Shown here: positions 12,721 through 28,650 of the stretch, piece by piece | How positions within the stretch are numbered: position 1 is the stretch's first letter | Layout of the letters: each line of letters opens with the position of its first letter | Source: Octopus vulgaris | Lineage: Eukaryota | Assembly (NCBI GenBank): GCA_951406725.2 | Contig: OX597814.1 | Span: forward strand, 11,346,001-11,410,000 | DNA length: 64,000 nt | Reading direction: 5' to 3' | Notes under the pieces: model-generated | The model's database searches: none | The model's input: only the letters and a program-made list of their open reading frames with translations | What the model was told of the DNA's origin: nothing | Position numbers and translations under genes: made by a program

Positions 12721-12930
12721 GAAATCGGTCACTGATGTGCTGTTAATAAATACTGAAACTAGTCAAATCAATCTCAGTTTCTGGTGTCAGGGATACAGAA
12801 CCTACGTAGTAATATCTCGTTCATAAGTCTACCTTATAACTCTGATTACATCCTACTGTTGAATAGTATTTATATCTATTGACACGAAGAGCTAGTCATA
12901 TATCAATGTACTTACGATTCTAGCTATGTG

Positions 12931-12980
<50 letters not shown>

Positions 12981-13208
12981 AAAGAAAATGGAGACTGTGA
13001 GCACGGAAATTCAATTTATTTACATGCTGTAACAGTTGTCATTTTCATGTTGCCTACGTACGTTTCATTTCCTACCTTCATTCATATTTTACAATTAAAT
13101 TGTATTATGAATTTAAAAGGTGAAAAACTCTTCAGGGCAAAAATTGGCATAAACTCATTTACACTCTAAAGACTGGAGAATTCTTTTACTAACTGAAATA
13201 GTAGCTTC

Positions 13209-13339
<131 letters not shown>

Positions 13340-14027
13340 AAGTGTGTTTTTGGATTTCGTTTCAAAAACAGCTAGAGGTTAAACTACGATCTCGATAGAC
13401 TATGCCTGTAGTAATCCTGAAAAACTAGGTCATACTACTATTCACCCTTTATGGAATATAGGTTTGCTTTTTTAGAGGTTGGCTACCACTCCTATCCCTA
13501 CTCACTTGCTAAAAGAATAAGAAATAAAAAATTAAAATATGTATATTTGTAAGTATCCAAATCAATGTACTTCTACTTATTTCATTGACAGAATTTAATT
13601 TTTATTACAATTTTTTATCTGTTCAGCTCTGAAGTACCGAATGACAATCAAATCCATTCCAACCGTAGCCACCACTTTACTTTTATTCTTTATCCCAGAT
13701 TACTTTCTCCAATTATCGAAAATGCCATTACATGATTAAAATAGAAAAGTGTAATTTAAGGGTGATTTCACTGATATAGCTAGTTGTATTAACATGTAGC
13801 TGGTTGTATGTATAAATAGATTTCAATCATTGAACGACGGTCATGCTCGAGCACATTCTGCGATGGTTTTTAGTATCTCATAGAACCCCAGTACTTATTT
13901 TAATCTGATACCAAATTTTTATCGAATGACTAAATCATATTTTCTTATAGAATGCTGATGTCTATTTGCAGATGGCGTGTGAAACATCACTACAATATAG
14001 AACAAAGACATACACTTATAGATTATA

Positions 14028-14078
<51 letters not shown>

Positions 14079-14081
<3 letters not shown>

Positions 14082-14518
14082 GGTGTCCATAAAGTCTCTT
14101 TAAAATTTTAAAATTTTATTAGAAAGGCAGTTGACAAGATATCTTAACCAGATTTGTTTTATTGTAATAAATGTTTATAAAATGTTTTTAAACTGTTATT
14201 TAATAGACCTCAATATGGACACCATTAATTGCGTGAAGCACATCCAGACGGTACTCGATTTCTTGCCATGTTCGCTGTAGGATAGCTTCATCAACGGTGG
14301 CAATGGCATTACGAATCCTTTGCTTCAAGTCAACAATGTCCCGTATCTTTGATATACGATATCTTTTACTTAACCCCATAAAAAGAAGTCCAAGGGAGTG
14401 ATATCTGGTAACGCGGTGGCCATGGAATTGGCCCATTTCCTCCAAACCATCGGTCTGGAAATGTTTGATTGAGGAATTGATGAACATGCCGTCCCCAATG
14501 TGGTGGTGTACCATCTTG

Positions 14519-14519
<1 letters not shown>
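14079..14519 (-). mobile_element. Tc1/mariner-superfamily transposon 3' fragment, TIR CAGGGTGTCC, inside (TA)n
   Basis: Frameshifted QDGTPPHW...WPPR..ITPLDFFLWG...IRDIVDLKQRIRNAIATVDEAILQRTWQEIEYRLDVLHAINGVHIE* followed by a terminal inverted repeat next to TA. Confidence 0.85.
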
Positions 14520-14604
<85 letters not shown>

Positions 14605-14809
14605 AAATCTGTGGAAATGTATATATGTATGTAAGTTTGTATACAATTACCTTGTGCAGTTTCTGTCTACAAAATTAGACACAAGAAATTATTGTTCCAA
14701 CCCGATAAAATGCCCTCTTGTGAGATCTTTCCTGGTAACATGTGGTTGCAAAAGTAATTTTATAAACGTATGGATATTCACAGACGTATAGCTAGGTAGC
14801 TACCAAGAT

Positions 14810-15462
<653 letters not shown>

Positions 15463-15468
15463 AGATAA

Positions 15469-15559
<91 letters not shown>

Positions 15560-15849
15560 TATTGTTTACGTTATAGATTATTTATGTTATAGATAATAGT
15601 TCGCAGAAATTTGTCTGTACAACAGTATACGTGTCTACCGTGCGCGTATGTGTCTGTGTTTATGTGCATGTGTGTGTGTGTGTGCGTGTGTGGGAGAGAG
15701 AGTGTGTGCGTCTGTGTGTGACTGTCTGAGAGTATGTGTGTGCGTGTCAATGTCTCCGTGTCTTAGATTGTCTGTGTGTTAGAGTGTCTTCGTACGAGTA
15801 TGTGTGTGTGAGTGTGTGTGTGTGTGTGTATGTGTCTGTGTCTGTGTCT

Positions 15850-15880
<31 letters not shown>

Positions 15881-15899
15881 CGTGCGTGTGTGTGTGTCT

Positions 15900-15933
<34 letters not shown>

Positions 15934-16849
15934 TCTTATTGCTAATGCAGCTGAGATCATCCCCGTTCAAACGTTCTGCTTCAGCGAAGCGAGGCGAGCG
16001 TTTTACGTTGATCTTCGCCAGAAGACAAAAATCTAAAGGTAAAGAACCGATGATTAAGATGCTTCATGAGGAAGGTCAGTGTGTTGTTGATGATAAGAAG
16101 AGTAAGGAGACGGTCGGTCTAGGGTGGGGAGTGGAACCGTCCAACCAATTAAATGGAACTGACAACACCAATTACACAAGACACAAGACACTACTATAAC
16201 AATATGTGTGCGATCACAACCATTACATCTTCTTCCATAATATCATAGCTTCGACTACCACAATCTTTACTCCCCTTCTTATTTCTCCCCTTTCTTTATT
16301 TTTCTCTATCAATCTAACTATATTCCATGTATTATTCTATTTCCCTCCCCCTTCTCTCTCCCTCTCTCTCCCGCTCTCTCTCTCGCTCTCTCTCTCGCTC
16401 TCTCGTTCTCCCTTTCTCTCGCCGTGCTTATTTCTATTTCCCTTCTGTCAACGGCATTCTCTTACTCTATCTCTCATTCTGTTAACGTAAACTCTGAGTC
16501 TCTTCTTCCATCTCTCTCTTTCTCTATTATGCGCCTACACTTACACTCACAAGCTCACACATACATGAACACCCCCCCCCCACACACACACACAAACACA
16601 AACACATATTCATGAATATTCATATTCATTTACATACATTAACAGAATGAGCCGATAATGACCAGGCGAAACTCGTCGGATTTTTCTTACGTTCATTCAG
16701 CAGTAAGAACCATGGGATTTTACCGTGTGATTTCTTTACACATCGATGATAAATAGGTTTCTTATTAAACGTATGCACTGCGCACATATTTATAGAAGAC
16801 ATATACTATCTTACCTCATTCCTTAACAGTGAACGTAGTGCCAGGGTAT

Positions 16850-18300
16850 TTGGACTGATCGTCGGCTTTCAGAATCTCGCATTTGAATATAACGGTACCC
16901 ACATATATTTTGCCCTCCTTTTTAATTAATTGTCAATCCACCATGCCACGCTTATATACTGAGGCATTCAATAGTTTTCTGTATATATTTGTCAATCAGA
17001 TATCAGTAATGGTGAAATCTTGTGCAGCGACACTCAAGAATTTTACCAGAACACGCTCTAGTATCCAATTATTGACATAGTTGAAGAAAAACATAGAGAG
17101 AACACTTCCGTGGTGAAAACTTAAACTGAACTTCGGAGGTGCCAACTTCCTCGCCAAGTCACGTTAGCATTCTATAATTGAAGCGGGATTACCAACACAC
17201 TTATGGGTATAATCTAGATGCGTATAGAAAAAGTTCTTTAATACAGCTTGATATAAAAAGATTTTATAAATAGTTTCATTTACATAAGTACTATAAATTT
17301 CTTTGATGATAACGTCAGACTAGCAAGTGACAAATATTAACCATGTAGCAATCTTAATGAAAAACTCGCGTATTTTGATATAGATTCTTACGAACCAACT
17401 TCAGTATTCAAAAGATATCAGTAGAATTATATCCAGTCTGCTATCGAAGAAACTTCGACAACACGGCGCACTACTAAAATAAAACAGTAAAAGCTAGAGT
17501 ATCCAAACCAAAATCACTTATACAACTGACCTATTCTCTCCCACTCCAATAGTAAAAAGAGCCAATGCAATATTATCTGGTTCATACCTTATACTTCTTA
17601 ACAAATGTTAAATGGTAGCTTTGCTAAAACTGCCCAACCTTAATAAATTGACATTTCTCCATGAATCACTAATAGAGAAAATTGCTTCACAAAAATTAAC
17701 TATACCACCAAGCTAACAAGATAAGAATTATAATTACCAACAAAGAAAGTTTAGTAACAAGCCTACTAATTAAGCCAATCGAGGACAACGAGGACAATCG
17801 AGGACAAATACGAATACAAACTTCCTTAATCAGGCATGTAACGTTAATGAGTTTTTATATGAGGCAGAAGTCACTTCCATCGAACACAAACCTAAAGCTA
17901 TAAAGATGTAGTAGAAGATAAATTTAAACATTGATACTTCAACCAAACTTCTTTCTTCAGAAAGATAGAAAATGTGAATGCATTTTCCCTCCAGTTGCAT
18001 CGGGTATCTGAAAGAATATGTTACTAAATTTCGATATCAAGTGAAATAATTTCGATATGCTCGTCGTGGTACAAAATGCTTCATGTTTGACATAGCTGAA
18101 AATTATTTGAAACTCTTCAATTTAACAAATCCGTAGACTATTCAGATGTCAGATCAGAGACCTTTACCAAATGTCACTACTTCGACAAGTTCCTACTGAA
18201 GCACTGAAAAATTGTACCACCACCTGAATGAATCAATCAATCAATACATAACTTCTTACCTCGATCAACCATACTCTATATATAAGATATTCACGTTCTT
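16850..18300 (+). mobile_element. Highly degraded Penelope-like element (Naiad-like): RT thumb, linker and GIY-YIG remnants
   Basis: Broken peptides ..NIIWFIPY.. (cf. RNIIWFNPPY), LIN*HFS and FLYEAEVT (cf. xYxAxV, first GIY-YIG strand); many stops and frameshifts. Confidence 0.55.
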
Positions 18301-18579
18301 TATAGCCTTTTCGTTTATACTCTGCCAGTAAATCACTATGCCGTATGACAAGAGATCCATTGATGCTGCCATACTTTCAACTCATTAACTTTCCATTTAT
18401 ACTACCACTAAGAAATTCAAAATCCTTATATTTTAAACTGGATTGGATTGGATTACCTATGTTCAGTCCACGGAGTCCTCGACATTGCTCTCCACTAACC
18501 ACGGTTTGATGTGGAGGGTGTGAATTTCAGCTTGAGATCAAACTGGTTTGCAGTTTTTTTTAAATCTTATCCAGGAGTA

Positions 18580-18940
18580 GTCAAGTCGATTACATCAACC
18601 CCAGTGCTCGACCAGTACTTACTTTATCGACCCCGAAAGGGATGAAAGGCGACCGGGGCGGAATTTGAACTCAAAACGTAATAACAGACGAAATTCTGGC
18701 AAGCAGTTCGTCCAGCGTGCTAATGATTCTTATTTCTTTACTGCCCACAAGGGTGTTTAAACATAGAGGGGACAAACAAGGACAGGCAGAAGAGGTTAAG
18801 TCGATTACATCGACCCCAGTGCGTAACTAGTACTTAATTTATCGACCCCGAAAGGATGAAAGGCAAAGTCGACCTCAGCGGAATTTGAACTCAGAACGTA
18901 AAGACAGACGAAATACCAAGTATTTCGCCCGGCGTGCCAT
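18580..18940 (-). mobile_element. SINE family A dimer
   Basis: Two body copies joined by tail-1 at ~18731. Confidence 0.85.
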
Positions 18941-19609
18941 CTCGCTGAAAGCAAATCTCACCCAAAAGAAATAATCCACCGCCAAGAATGTATGAATATA
19001 TGTAATAAGTTATTCCCCTTTCTATTTTTCAAATCCATAATGCAATACTGAATACTCTGCAGGTAAAAATATTACTTCATGTATATTGTTGATGTTCGAG
19101 TAAAAAGGTTGAGTCTTTAATCAACTGATGATTGTCTAACGGTCACATCTATAAAACTCTGAGTCACTTACTGCTTATCATATGACACACATACACAAAT
19201 ATATAATAGAGTTTAATATGATATAATAAATACATATTGAACGGGAGAGAAAGAGGGAGGGAAGAGAAAAGAAGAGATATAACTATATATCGATAGATAT
19301 GTATGCAGATAGAAAGACACATTTTATGCAGATAGATAGATAGAGACAGACAGACAGACAGACAGACAGAGACAGACAGAAAGACAGACAGACAGATAGA
19401 TAGATAGTAGTCTCTCATTTCTTAAATTGGATTTCTTCTTTTAATAACTCTCTCCTTCTTTCCTCTTTTTTTATAGACTCGCACACAGCTGTAAGCACAC
19501 AAACACACGGGTGTATATACTGACAAACTCACATGTCTCTGCCTCTGTCGGTCTCTCTCTCCCTCTCTTTCACTTTCCTTCTTCTTTTCTTATACCACAC
19601 CTACATTCT

Positions 19610-19650
<41 letters not shown>

Positions 19651-19666
19651 ATATATATATATATAT

Positions 19667-20062
19667 TGGCTGTGTGGTAAGTAGCTTGCTTACCAACCAC
19701 ATGGTTCCGGGTTCAGTCCCACTGCGTGGCATCTTGGGCAAGTGTCTTCTGCTATAGCCCCGGGCCGACCAATGCCTTGTTGGTAGACGGAAACTGAAAG
19801 AAGCCTGTCGTATATATGTATATATATATATATGTTTGTGTGTGTGTGTTTGTGTGTCTGTGTTTGTCCCCCTAGCATTGCTTGACAGCCGATGCTGGTG
19901 TGTTTACGTCCCCGTAACTTAGCGGTTCGGCAAAAGAGACCGATAGAATAAGTACTGGGCTTACAAAGAATAAGTCCCGGGGTCGATTTGTTCGACTAAA
20001 GGCGGTGCTCCAGCATGGCCGCAGTCAAATTACTGAAACAAGTAAAAGAGTAAAGAGTAAAA
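19667..20062 (+). mobile_element. Near full-length SINE family B
   Basis: A-box-like ggctgtgtggtaag, B-box-like ggttcagtcc, body, and (GTAAAAGA)-type tail. Confidence 0.9.
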
Positions 20063-20735
20063 GGGATATATATATATATATATCAGCTTCTCCACAAACA
20101 TATATACGCTCTCTTTTACACAGGACTTATTTATTCCATCACTTTTCTTCGTTTCCACCTCTCAATCTCTCTCACCGCTGCCCTCTTTCCCCCTCTCTCT
20201 CTTTCTCTCTCTCACTCTCTCTCTCTTTCTCTCTCTCTCCCCGTTCCTAACGTTTTCACACATAAAAACCACGTGCTGTTTCTCTCTTTTCCTTATTCTG
20301 CATCCATATTTAAAGAGACAAGAAAATCGAATTAAAATTTAAAACATCAAAAATCACTCTGTAGTAACTCATCCATCTGCTTTGTTTGTTGTTCTTGACG
20401 ATTGTTGTTGTTATTGCTGTTGTTGTAGCCTTTGTTGTTTTCTTTTTGGGGTGGTGAGGGTTGCTGTATATATTTTTATAATCTATTGATATTTTCCTAT
20501 AAAGATTCTAATTACCTTTTCCACGCATATTCAAATTAATTAAGATAGCCACAAGTCAAGGAACAAGCATTATGTGGTGACTCGATATGCGAAAAGCAGC
20601 AGCTAAATCTTCCTTAATTTACATACTCTAGCAGTACAATAAGGATCTCTAGCAAAATTTGAAGATCCCTCGTTCCTCAACCACAATGGTTCTGTCAACA
20701 TTACTCCCACGAATAAAACTCACCACCACTACCAC

Positions 20736-20783
<48 letters not shown>

Positions 20784-20858
20784 CTTATACACACACTTAT
20801 ATATACATGCACACGCATATATATGTATAGATATGCATATGCCTGAATATGTGTGTGC

Positions 20859-20916
<58 letters not shown>

Positions 20917-21240
20917 AAGAGACTACGATTTTGCAAAACCAAAATTTATATTTACTCTCTCATACAAACCGCTCCTGGATCATCTTCGTTTCGTTTATAT
21001 CTATTTATTTCGCCTTCCTTATTTATTCGCATTTTTCCCATTTAATACTTTCAATGAATTTTTTCTTTTCTTTTTTCTTTTTTCTTTTTTTCTTATGCTG
21101 CCCTTTGCAAAACTCTGTAAATGCAATTGAAATACAATCAAATTAAAATAGCATACTGCTGTAGTTTTTGTCACCGAAGATTTTTTTTACAGCATGGCAA
21201 GAATTCTACAATATCAGTGAATGTAATTTTCACTGTTAGG

Positions 21241-21443
21241 CATAGCTGAAAACTATTTGAAACTCTTGAATTTAACAAATCCGTAGACTATTCAGATGTC
21301 AGGTCAGAGACCTTTACCAAATGTCGCTACTTCGACAAGTTCCTACTGAAGCACTGAAAGATTGTATCACCACTTGAATCAATCAATCAATACTTAACTT
21401 CTTACCTCGATGAACCATACTCTATATATAAGATATTCACGTT
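21241..21443 (+). repeat. Copy of 18091-18297 bounded by a 12-bp direct repeat (GTTAGGCATAGC)
   Basis: Direct comparison; the 12-mer lies at 21235-21246 and 21441-21452. Confidence 0.88.
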
Positions 21444-21759
21444 AGGCATAGCACGAATTTCATTAGTGTATGTGACAAATGGACACACACTACTGCAAAT
21501 CCAGCAAAGTCGAGACGCGTCTATTGTCCCATGGGTGACTGCTGTGATAATATTTGTTTCGCTTCGAGATATCATTAGTTTTTAAAACGTTATGTTTATG
21601 AAAAGATTTTTTTTCTGAGATAAAAGTCACAGCAGCATGCCTTTTTACGATGTACATATATCTAGTATGTTACACAAGTGGCTACACTGATTCAATGCTG
21701 TTTCAATTGCATTCACCAAATATATATATATATACATACATACGTACATAAATACATAC

Positions 21760-21997
<238 letters not shown>

Positions 21998-21999
21998 CC

Positions 22000-22300
22000 C
22001 GTCCTGTTTATTCTCACTGTACTGTTTGTGTTACGAAATTTAACCCTTCGCAAAATCCCCAATTTTATGTAATTTGCTTTGCTGGAGCAACTGTTTTATC
22101 GAAAGCGTATATCGTTGTTAAATGCTCGCAATACGAGGCTAGAAAAACAGCCAACAACTGATGAAGGGTCGTTCTTTATGTTGTTCGTTTTGTTTTCCAT
22201 TTGTGTCTTTCAATGTTCGGAAGAATTGTTCATGTTCCATGTATTCGTGCTTCGTATTTTTTGTTGTACACATTTCGTGAAGTCCTGTGCCGATATATGC
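22000..22300 (+). mobile_element. PLE pseudo-LTR-like repeat family (other copies on - at 27790-27930, 54625-54860, 55400-55595)
   Basis: Shared caactgatgaagggtcgttc / gaacgacc..catcag motif and flanks; always embedded in (TA)n. Confidence 0.55.
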
Positions 22301-22302
22301 AT

Positions 22303-22374
<72 letters not shown>

Positions 22375-22545
22375 TAGATATATATATATATATATATATA
22401 AGATATAGATATATTGATAGATAGATAGATAGATATCGATGTATGTACATATACGTATGTATATATGCATATGTATATATATATATATCTACATATATAT
22501 ATACACAGTTATAGATACCTATGCATATGCCTGAATATGTGTGTG

Positions 22546-22603
<58 letters not shown>

Positions 22604-23229
22604 AAGAGACTACGATTTTGCAAAACCAAAATTTATATTTACTCTCTCATACAAAACGCTCCTGCATCATCTTCGTTTCGTTTATATCTATTTATTTCGC
22701 CTTCCTTATTTATTCGCATTTTTCCCATTTAATACTTTCAATGATTTTTTTCTTTTCTTTTTTCTTTTCTTTTCTTTTTTTTTTCTTGTCTTTTTCATTT
22801 TTCCATAAGATATTTTTTTCTCCGACTTGCTTTACTTTCTTTTCGTCTGTCTGTCTGTCATCATTTTCCTTTTATTTTCCATCAAATATTATCGTATTTT
22901 TCACTTGTGTCTTCAACTGTTCATTGACACACTACAATTTCTACAATTTACTATTTTCTTTCTTTCTTGATTTTTTTTATTTATTTATTTATTTATTTAT
23001 TTTTTATTTTTTTATCTCCTTGTCAGATGATTTCAATTGAATATCTAATACTACAGTAAATGCCAGTTATTTCTTTTCTCGTTCAGAACACACACCGTTG
23101 CTATTGAACGGATTTCTTGTATGATTTACTCTTTAGCAACATGTCGCCGTCGGCGTATAACCTCTCAGAGATATGAACAGTGATGGCTTTACTTGTTATT
23201 ATACATACATACTACATACATGCATTAAT

Positions 23230-23307
<78 letters not shown>

Positions 23308-23540
23308 ACATACATACATACATACATACATACATACATACATACATGCATACATGTATATATATACGCACACATATATATATATATATGTATATATATA
23401 TGTACGTTATGTTGATATGTGTGTGTGTAATCATTTATGCATGCCTTTAGTTATATACGTAAATCACACTTATTCTAAACGCGTGTGTTCTTGTTTGATA
23501 TACGCACATACATGTGCACATTGCTCACACATACACACAC

Positions 23541-23628
<88 letters not shown>

Positions 23629-24077
23629 ATACACACATATATATATGCCGAGGAGAAGAATGAGATGGTCATCTACTTTTATTCGCTTGGCCTAAAGAGA
23701 GGAGCTAAGACCAGTCGCATTGAGACGTCTAACGTTCTTCTGGGGCAGTTGCAAATAGGCAGATGCAGGAAGAACGTGTGCAGAAAAGAAATTCCATAAG
23801 GCTGACTGTCTAACGAAGAAGGACTGCATGTAATGGTTAGAGCAGAACATGAGATGAATGCAACATGAATGGTGGGAAAAGGAAGGAGTTGTGAAAGGAG
23901 AGTATTGAGTAAATGCGGCATTTGACCAAGATAACACAGTCCACTGCGGTAGGAATAAATGTAACCAGGGCACAAACTGAGGGAGAGGGCGCGGGGGAAG
24001 AGGAGACAGCTGATAGTGAAGTGTGATGGTTAGCTACGTTATGCTAGATAGCTGAACGGTCTCTCGAAGGGTCTAAG

Positions 24078-24139
<62 letters not shown>

Positions 24140-24169
24140 CAGTAGTAGTCACAGATGTGAAAGTAGTCA

Positions 24170-24900
24170 TCCATTATGCCATTATGGTTATCATCTGTGT
24201 TTTGGAGGTTACTTCTTGTTGCGGACCGAAGTATATTCCAGGTGTGTTGCACTGTTTGATATAAGATGTGTTTTCGCCAGAAGAGAGGATCGGGCTTAGT
24301 TCCTGGAGCGACGTGAAGTAAGGAATGCTCAATTTGTGTGTTGTTCATATGCAGTAGGCGAATTGCAATAATGTTTTCATATATAGGTAGTGCTTTGTAA
24401 CTGTGGTATTGAAAGATTCCATATAGACATCATTCCCGTTGGAGGATGTTTTAAAAATGTGTCAGTGCTGATTTAGCGTGAAGTGTTTAGGGTCCTTATG
24501 GATGAGGCTTAGATGTATGAACGAATGAAGAATTGGTCATTGATGAGGTGACGGCAAGTAGGACATTGATGCAAGAAGAAACAATTTAGGACACGGAATC
24601 GAAACTTGATGCCCAGCGAAGTTGATACAATGTGAATCAGAGAGCCAACTATGATGCAACACAGTTTTCAGGTCGACTGGGCTGCGACTTGTGTAGTTTT
24701 TCTACACTGTTAAAGCAACTTATTTTATTTAATGTAAGCTGCTGATGGTTTGCTGTTTAGTAGCTTCAATTTCGCCGACTGCGAGGATGCTAACAGTTTC
24801 CTTATGAGTTGTGTTGAGTGAGGATTTCACGAGAATCGGTGTTCCAAGATGCACAAGCGATCTCTTGTTTCAATGATTTAACATTGAAGAAAGAGTAGTA
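24170..24900 (-). mobile_element. Possible degraded Neptune-like PLE fragment
   Basis: Broken peptides VA..SRPEN..IVGS and NCF..QCPTCRHL resemble the RT-to-GIY-YIG linker and Cys motif. Confidence 0.35.
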
Positions 24901-25998
24901 TCGATTACATTTATGTCAGAGATCGATGATATTGATACAATTAATGTTTAATTCGAACGTCTGTAAAATGATATCAGCAGGAAAAAACTTTAGCGAGAAA
25001 GAGTATTCCTCGGCAGACGTGTGAGACTTCGGGCTTGTGCTCTGCAGCCGCTAGTAATTCTTCCATCAGTATCCAAGTTGTTTATGAATTACGTCTCACT
25101 TCAAACCAATGTGCATTCTCCATGAGATTCTGCTAGCATCAACTTCCCAGCTATGATAACACAAAAAATTCAAATTGGTTTTACTTTTAATTTATTTTTA
25201 ATTTTTATTTTATTTTATTTTATTTTATTTAATTTTATTTTATTTCCTTTTATTTTCCAGCAGCAGATTCCTATTCCCGAAGTGTTTAGCGGAGTTATTT
25301 GTTTGTAATTTCCGAGGTTCAATGGAGTTGTTTGCTTATATATCACCATTGATTTACATTATATTGCTTCAAATATCAGCCGCCAATCAGCTGCCAATTT
25401 TCACTCTAACAGAAAGTCCGTAAAAAGCTTGCTGCCACGAGGTCATTCCTACATGCTGAACTTATTATCGAAAATAGACTGAAGACATCAAAATACTGGT
25501 GCAGTACGATTTCATATTTATTAAAATCAGCGAATAGAAGCGTAAGCGGAGCAAGTATGATCCTTAAAGGAGTGACGCATTGATGTGTGACATCTCATAA
25601 AAGTTTTGATGGATCACCACTCAACCGACCATACATTCAAACAGTAATCTATGCGTCTATCAACTCATATACATATATATCTATCAAATTATATACATAC
25701 ATTATATACTTACATAACTATCAACGTGCACATATGTATGCACACTTAGATACGTATATAATTATTTATTATCTGTCTATTTATCAATTGCTATCTGTAT
25801 TTGTCTGTCTACCAGACAGTCTATATCTAAAGCTAGATTTTCCTTTATCCATGTGTTTAGATGTATATATTCTTTTACGTATAAATAAGTGTGTAGGTGT
25901 ATCTGTGCTTGTGTGTGTGTATGTATTTGTATATATATGCTTCTATATATAGATATATATCTGTGTGTGTAGATAGAAAGATATGTATATATACATAT

Positions 25999-26096
<98 letters not shown>

Positions 26097-26162
26097 ATAA
26101 AACGGTAAGATAACAAAAGAAAGAAAGAGACCTCAATATTATGTAAATAGAGGAAATTTATC

Positions 26163-26332
26163 TATACAATAATATGTTACATTACTCGGTAGTCAAGATA
26201 AAACTCTGAGTTTCAGATGCCGAAGTGGAAATAGCCAGATAACCGAAGAGATGGTGTTGTGGATTTCCACTTCGGCATCTGAAACTCAGAGTTTTATCTT
26301 GACTACCGAGTAATGTAACATATTATTGTATA
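26163..26332. repeat. Perfect 70-bp inverted repeat with 30-nt spacer (PLE pseudo-LTR fold-back)
   Basis: 26163-26232 is the exact reverse complement of 26263-26332. Confidence 0.95.
26238..26298 (+). ncRNA. Hammerhead-ribozyme-like motif (variant core CCGAAGA, GUU triplet)
   Basis: GATAA CCGAAGA GATG..CATC T GAAAC TCAGA GTT TTATC; stem I GATAA/TTATC. Confidence 0.5.
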
Positions 26333-26514
26333 TATATATATATATATATACGTTGATAGTTAGTTATGTAAGTATATAAAATATGTATATACGTTGAGAT
26401 ATATATATATATATGTATATGAGTTGATAGATGGATAGATTACTGTTTGAATGTATGGTCGGTTGAGTGGTGATCCATCAAAACTTTTATGAGATGTCAC
26501 ACATCAATGCGTCA

Positions 26515-26614
<100 letters not shown>

Positions 26615-26699
26615 CGACAGGCAGCGGCAGAGATGTAAGCACGTATGTATATTTATTATGCATATATTATGTTCTGAAAGATTACGTACGGTAAATATT

Positions 26700-27290
26700 A
26701 TTTGCTACGGTGGGAGCAAGATATGATGCTGCATCTAGAAGACTTGCCGAATAAACTGCGCATAAACCAACAGGAAGCAACAAGAAATTACTGATTTATC
26801 CTTCCCAAGAATAATCCTGAATCTTCAGATTGTGACATGAAGGTCCGTGATTGCCGACACCCGTAAATATAGATATGGCAAATGAAGAGGTCAGGGATCT
26901 CATCACAGGCTGATGTGATGGGATCTGCTACTGACGACATTTAAACCAGTAGTACTTGTTTCAAAATCGGGTGTTCGGCGACTAAACCGGCTCCCGCAAT
27001 TGCGTAGCTTGTCTGGACAATGACCAGGACTAAAAGCAAGACGTGACGAATTCTTCATGGTGAATTCTTTGTGGGCCAACAGCCATCCAGTCGGAGAAGG
27101 CAATGGTAAACCACCCCAAATATCCCTACCAAGAAAAAAAAATATTGTGAGAAAGTCAGATCGAAGTAGCACTGTGGCTTCATCCGATGGAAGAGTCCGC
27201 GCTTAAACCTGGAGGACTTTCAATGTAGTGTCGTCAGCGCGCTGCAAAAGCGTAATGCATGACAACGAGGAGATGAAGACAGTCAGACAG
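26700..27290 (+). mobile_element. RTE/BovB-like LINE remnants
   Basis: ggagaaggcaatggtaaaccaccccaaatatccctacc (~27092-27130) resembles the RTE-BovB/Bov-A motif; possible ORF-end remnant near 26840-26890. Confidence 0.45.
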
Positions 27291-27475
27291 ACAAAGATGC
27301 ATTTTCCGGTTTATCTCTCATAGACGTTGGGCATAACTCCCACAGAATTTTAATAAGTGATTTAGCACATACAATAAGTAAATACCTCGATTTGACGAAC
27401 GCGGATGTGTTGAATGAGGTTCTTGTTAGTTTCGTTAGCATATAACTTACACCTAAGTAATTCTTATGTTTAAAC

Positions 27476-27627
<152 letters not shown>

Positions 27628-27671
27628 AATTACTTGGAAATGGATACGTGGCGTTAAATCATAATAATATG

Positions 27672-27744
<73 letters not shown>

Positions 27745-27933
27745 TATATGCTTATATACATACATATATGTATATACATATGCATATATGGGTACAGGAC
27801 GTCATAAAACGTAAACAACATGAAATACGAAATACGAAAACATGGAATACGAACTTTTTTTGCGAACAACGAAAGAAACAAATGGAAAACAAGACAAGTA
27901 ACATAAGGAACGACCCTCCATCAGGTGTCATGT

Positions 27934-27983
<50 letters not shown>

Positions 27984-28149
27984 CTACTCCATTAAACGTA
28001 TGGCTGTTATTGGCTGATTGTCTCAGTGAAAAGTAAACTGGATATTTGAATGACTGTGGGATTAAAATGAAGCTAATTAGACATAACCTTGTCGCCAATA
28101 CGAGTAAAAATAATATTGAATTAAAATGTCATCATAATGGGAATAAGAA

Positions 28150-28580
28150 CCGTTTGGCTTTTATCGTTTATTTGTTTCAGTCACTGGATGGCGGTTATGT
28201 TGGGGCATCTTCCTGAAGGGTTTTAGTCTAACAGAATGGCCTCAGTACTTGTTTTTTAAAGCTGATACTTATTCCACTGATTCTTTTTCCGAACCACTAA
28301 GTTGTGAGAATGTAACGATCAAATCAAGAAGCAGCATGGGTTATAATTATTATTAAAATTATAAGAGTATCTAAGAACTACCACCATGCTCGAAATAGCT
28401 TTCAAAACCTGACTCTATTACCACGTGGTTTTAGAGTCAGGGTTTTGACCAGCCACGATTATAGTAGAAGACACCTAAGGTGAAGTAAAATGCCTAAGGT
28501 GAAGTAAAATGGAACTGAACTCGAAACCATTTGGTTACAAAGTCAGTTTCTTAGCCACACAACCATGTTTGCACCTGTAA
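28150..28580 (-). mobile_element. Old SINE family B copy
   Basis: tagtagaagacacc..ggaactgaactcgaaacca..ttcttagccacac. Confidence 0.6.
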
Positions 28581-28650
28581 TGACCAGAAATTCTCGGCTA
28601 CAACTCCGAAATCCACATCAATTAAACGTTGGAAGATTTTATCAATTATA

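Noticed and set aside
23685-23735. Hammerhead-like CTAAAGA...GAGACGTC
   Set aside because: Both core strands are mutated and the stems do not pair convincingly.
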